Source: Macrostomum hystrix (taxonomy: Eukaryota; Animalia; Platyhelminthes). Taken from it: a stretch of 64,000 nt of DNA. A program made the translations under genes and the position numbers. The stretch covers positions 10,478,001-10,542,000 of the forward strand of contig CATNEN010000001.1 of NCBI GenBank assembly GCA_950097015.1. The letters are read 5' to 3'. Of the stretch, positions 60,138-64,000 are shown piece by piece. Within the stretch, counting starts at the first letter, position 1. The number at the start of each line of letters is the position of its first letter. The notes below the pieces were generated by a model. That model did not search any database and was not told the DNA's origin. It worked only from the letters and a program-made list of their open reading frames with translations.

Positions 60138-62762
60138 TCTTCAGGGCCTGAGTATTCTGCTTTCCACCGAATCTTCAGGGCCTGAGTATTCAGCTTTCCA
60201 TTGAATCTTCAGGTCCTGAGTATTCAGCTTTCCACTGAATCTTCAGGTCCTGAGTATTCTGCTTTCCACTGAATCTTCAGGGCCTGAGTATTCAGCTTTC
60301 CATTGAATCTTCAGGGCCTAAGTATTCAGCTTTCCATTGAATCTTCAGGGACTGAGTATTCAGCTTTCCATTGAATCTTCAGGGCCTGAGTATTCTGCTT
60401 TCTACTGAATCTTCAGGGCCTGAGTATTCTACTTTCCACCGAATCTTCAGGGACTGAGTATTCAGCTTTCTACTGAATCTTCAGGGCCTGAGTATTCTAC
60501 TTTCCACCGAATCTTCAGGGCCTGAGTATTCTGCTTTCTACTGAATCTTCAGGGCCTGAGTATTCTACTTTCCACCGAATCTTCAGGGCCTGAGTATTCT
60601 GCTTTCTACTGAATCTTCAGGGTCTGAGTATTCTACTTTCCACCGAATCTTCAGGGCCTGAGTATTCTGCTTTCCATTGAATCTACAGGGCCTGAGTATT
60701 CAGCTTTCTACTGAATCTTCAGGGCCTGAGTATTCTACTTTCCACCGAATCTTCAGGGACTGAGTATTCAGCTTTCCATTGAATCATCAGGGCCTGAGTA
60801 TTCTGCTTTCCATTGAATCTTCAGGGCCTGAGTATTCAGCTTTCTACTGAATCTTCAGGGCCTGAGTATTCTACTTTCCACCGAATCTTCAGGGACTGAG
60901 TATTCAGCTTTCCATTGAATCTTCAGGGCCTGAGTATTCAGCTTTCTACTGAATCTTCAGGGCCTGAGTATTCTACTTTCCACCGAATCTTCAGGGCCTG
61001 AGTATTCAGCTTTCCATTGAATCTTCAGGGCCTGAGTATTCAGCTTTCCATTGAATCTTCAGGGCCTGAGTATTCAGCTTTCTACTGAATCTTCAGGGCC
61101 TGAGTATTCAGCTTTCCACTGAATCTTCAGGGCCTGAGCATTCAGCTTTCTACTGAATCTTCAGGGCCTGAGTATTCTGCTTTCCACCGAATTTTCAGGG
61201 CCTGAGTATTCTGCTTTCCATTGAATCTTCAGGGCCTGAGTATTCAGCTTTCCACTGAATCTTCAGGGCCTGAGCATTCAGCTTTCTACTGAATCTTCAG
61301 GGCCTGAGTATTCTGCTTTCCACCGAATTTTCAGGGCCTGAGTATTCTGCTTTCCATTGAATCTTCAGGGCCTGAGTATTCAGCTTTCCATTGAATCATC
61401 AGGGACTGAGTATTCTACTTTCCACCGAATCTTCAGGGCCTGAGTATTCTGCTTTCCATTGAATCTTCAGGGCCTGAGTATTCAGCTTTCCATTGAATCA
61501 TCAGGGCCTGAGTATTCAGCTTTCCATTGAATCTTCAGGGCCTGAGTATTCTGCTTTCCACCGAATCTTCAGGGCCTGAGTATTCTGCTTTCCATTGAAT
61601 CTTCAGGGCCTGAGTATTCAGCTTTCCATTGAATCATCAGGGCATTCAGCTTTCCATTGAATCTTCAGGGCCTGAGTATTCAGCTTTCCATTGAATCTTC
61701 AGGGCCTGAGTATTCAGCTTTCTACTGAATCTTCAGGGCCTGAGTATTCTACTTTCCACCGAATCTTCAGGGACTGAGTATTCTGCTTTCCATTGAATCT
61801 TCAGGGCCTGAGTATTCAGCTTTCTACTGAATCTTCAGGGCCTGAGTATTCAGCTTTCTACTGAATCTTCAGGGCCTGAGTATTCTACTTTCCACCGAAT
61901 CTTCAGGGACTGAGTATTCTGCTTTCCATTGAATCTTCAGGGCCTGAGTATTCAGCTTTCTACTGAATCTTCAGGGCCTGAGTATTCTACTTTCCACCGA
62001 ATCTTCAGGGACTGAGTATTCTGCTTTCCATTGAATCTTCAGGGCCTGAGTATTCAGCTTTCTACTGAATCTTCAGGGCCTGAGTATTCTACTTTCCACC
62101 GAATCTTCAGGGCCTGAGTATTCAGCTTTCCATTGAATCTTCAGGGCCTGAGTATTCAGCTTTCCATTGAATCTTCAGGGCCTGAGTATTCAGCTTTCTA
62201 CTGAATCTTCAGGGCCTGAGTATTCTACTTTCCACCGAATCTTCAGGGACTGAGTATTCTGTTTTCCATTGAATCTTCAGGGCCTGAGTATTCTGCTTTC
62301 CATTGAATCTTCAGGGCCTGAGTATTCAGCTTTCCATTGAATCTTCAGGGCCTGAGTATTCAGCTTTCCATTGAATCATCAGGGCCTGAGTATTCAGCTT
62401 TCTACTGAATCTTCAGGGCCTGAGTATTCAGCTTTCTACTGAATCTTCAGGGCCTGAGTATTCTACTTTCCACCGAATCTTCAGGGCCTGAGTATTCAGC
62501 TTTCCATTGAATCTTCAGGGCCTGAGTATTCAGCTTTCCATTGAATCATCAGGGCCTGAGTATTCAGCTTTCCATTGAATCTTCAGGGCCTGAGTATTCA
62601 GCTTTCCATTGAATCATCAGGGCCTGAGTATTCAGCTTTCCATTGAATCTTCAGGGCCTGAGTATTCAGCTTTCTACTGAATCTTCAGGGCCTGAGTATT
62701 CAGCTTTCTACTGAATCTTCAGGGCCTGAGAATTGTGTTTTCCATCGAATTTTCAGGGCCTG
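60138..62762. repeat. ~2.6-kb 34-bp minisatellite (GAATCTTCAGGGCCTGAGTATTCAGCTTTCCATT)
   Basis: Seen directly. Confidence 0.96.
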
Positions 62763-63219
62763 GATAATAAGTCTATCCCCAAATCCCCTGAGAATTTGTT
62801 CTGCCCAAGTCTTGAGGTGTTTTGATTTCGATATATTTGTCTCGTCACAGTTAGCAAATTAGTTAATCTTGATCAAGGCTTAAATAACTCGATTTAAGGG
62901 GGGAGAGAAAGTTACATAGAAAAGGGATTAAGCTGCAACTGAAAACAGGATTTATTCTTGTTCAATATTACCCAAGATGGACATTAGCGATTCGAGATAA
63001 GCGTAAACATCACAGTAAATATTGCCACTGTAAAACTGATAATAAGTAGCCGATAATAAAATACCTGTCGAGAGTCTGGCTAGGAAACCAGGTAAGAATT
63101 ATACACACTTTGATAGCCCGAATGCCGTGTAAACAGGAAATAGGATAACAATATTGAAGAGAGAGGTAGAGGAAGAGAACTGACTGATCAGTTAAAAAAT
63201 AGTTGAACTGATGTGGCAA

Positions 63220-63795
63220 AGTGAGGGGTAGAGGAAGGGGCAGAGTAAGTGGTAGAGGAAGGGGCACAGTGAGGGGTAGTGGAAGGTGCACAGTGAGGGG
63301 TAGAGGAAGGGCAGAGTGAGGGGTAGAGGAAGGGCAGAGTGAGGGGTAGAGGAAGGGCAGAGTGAGGGGTAGAGGAAGGGGCGCAGTAAGGGGTAGAGGA
63401 AGGTGCGCAGTGAGGGGTAGAGGAAGGGCAGAGTGAGGGGTAGAGGAAGGGCAGAGTGAGGGGTAGAGGAAGGAGCGCAGTGAGGGGTAGAGGAAGGGGC
63501 GCAGTGAGGGGTAGAGGAAGGGGCGCAGTGAGGGGTAGAGGAAGGGGCGCAGTGAGGGGTAGAGGAAGGGGCGCAGTGAGGGGTAGAGGAAGGGGCGCAG
63601 TGAGGGGTAGAGGAAGGGGCGCAGTGAGGGGTAGAGGAAGGGGCGCAGTGAGGGGTAGAGGAAGGAGCGCAGTGAGGGGTAGAGGAAGGGGCGCAGTGAG
63701 GGGTAGAGGAAGGTGCACAGTGAGGGGTAGAGGAAGGGGCGCAGTGAGGGGTAGAGGAAGGGGCGCAGTGAGGGGTAGAGGAAGGGGCGCAGTGA
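63220..63795. repeat. 24-bp G-rich minisatellite (GTGAGGGGTAGAGGAAGGGGCGCA)
   Basis: Seen directly. Confidence 0.93.
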
Positions 63796-64000
63796 ACCTA
63801 CCCAAATGGCTTTGGCCTACCTACATAATAATTGTGGAAACACGGCATCCGCTTCCCTCAGCAGTTCAAGTGTGAGCGCGTGTTTCTGTCCTAGGTAGTC
63901 TGCCAATACTCGCTTCAGTAGCGCCAGCTTCTCTTCTTAATCTTCTGAGCGCTAATTGAGTTTCTACCCGGCCTGCAGACTGCAGTCTCCGCCCCGAAGC

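Noticed and set aside
63062-63080. Possible 15-bp tomosyn micro-exon (tag|CCAGACTCTCGACAG|gtat)
   Set aside because: Splice-like signals only; the peptide does not resemble the expected tomosyn sequence preceding YPNFENPY.

Overview
Eukaryotic (metazoan) genomic DNA with spliced genes, SINEs, a decayed LINE and about 25 distinct mini/microsatellite arrays covering roughly a third of the window. The repeat landscape and GPCR type suggest a free-living flatworm such as Macrostomum (inference only). Genes supported from the sequence: (1) the last two exons of an MMP21-like hemopexin-domain metalloproteinase (+, 1760-2476); (2) a two-exon orphan gene of ~1216 aa with three tandem ~245-285-aa unknown domains (-, 10901-4595); (3) two paralogous rhodopsin-type orphan GPCRs (+; 14347-15682 with one intron, 26659-27939 intronless); (4) a 94-aa single-pass membrane protein (-); (5) a 100-aa ubiquitin-like protein (+); (6) the 3' part of a tomosyn/STXBP5 gene (-, 54382-37322) with a very large low-complexity variable region; (7) directly downstream of tomosyn, a 113-aa two-exon gene encoding only a tomosyn-like R-SNARE helix plus a CCFL CaaX tail, with its intron at the same position and phase as tomosyn's last intron. 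A tomosyn intron also carries a 236-bp insertion with an 11-bp target-site duplication. It contains a minimal type I hammerhead ribozyme between Pol III A/B-box-like motifs, and a decayed second copy lies near 8.3 kb. Most long ORFs in the supplied track are tandem-repeat artefacts. All family assignments come from remembered motifs; no database search was run.
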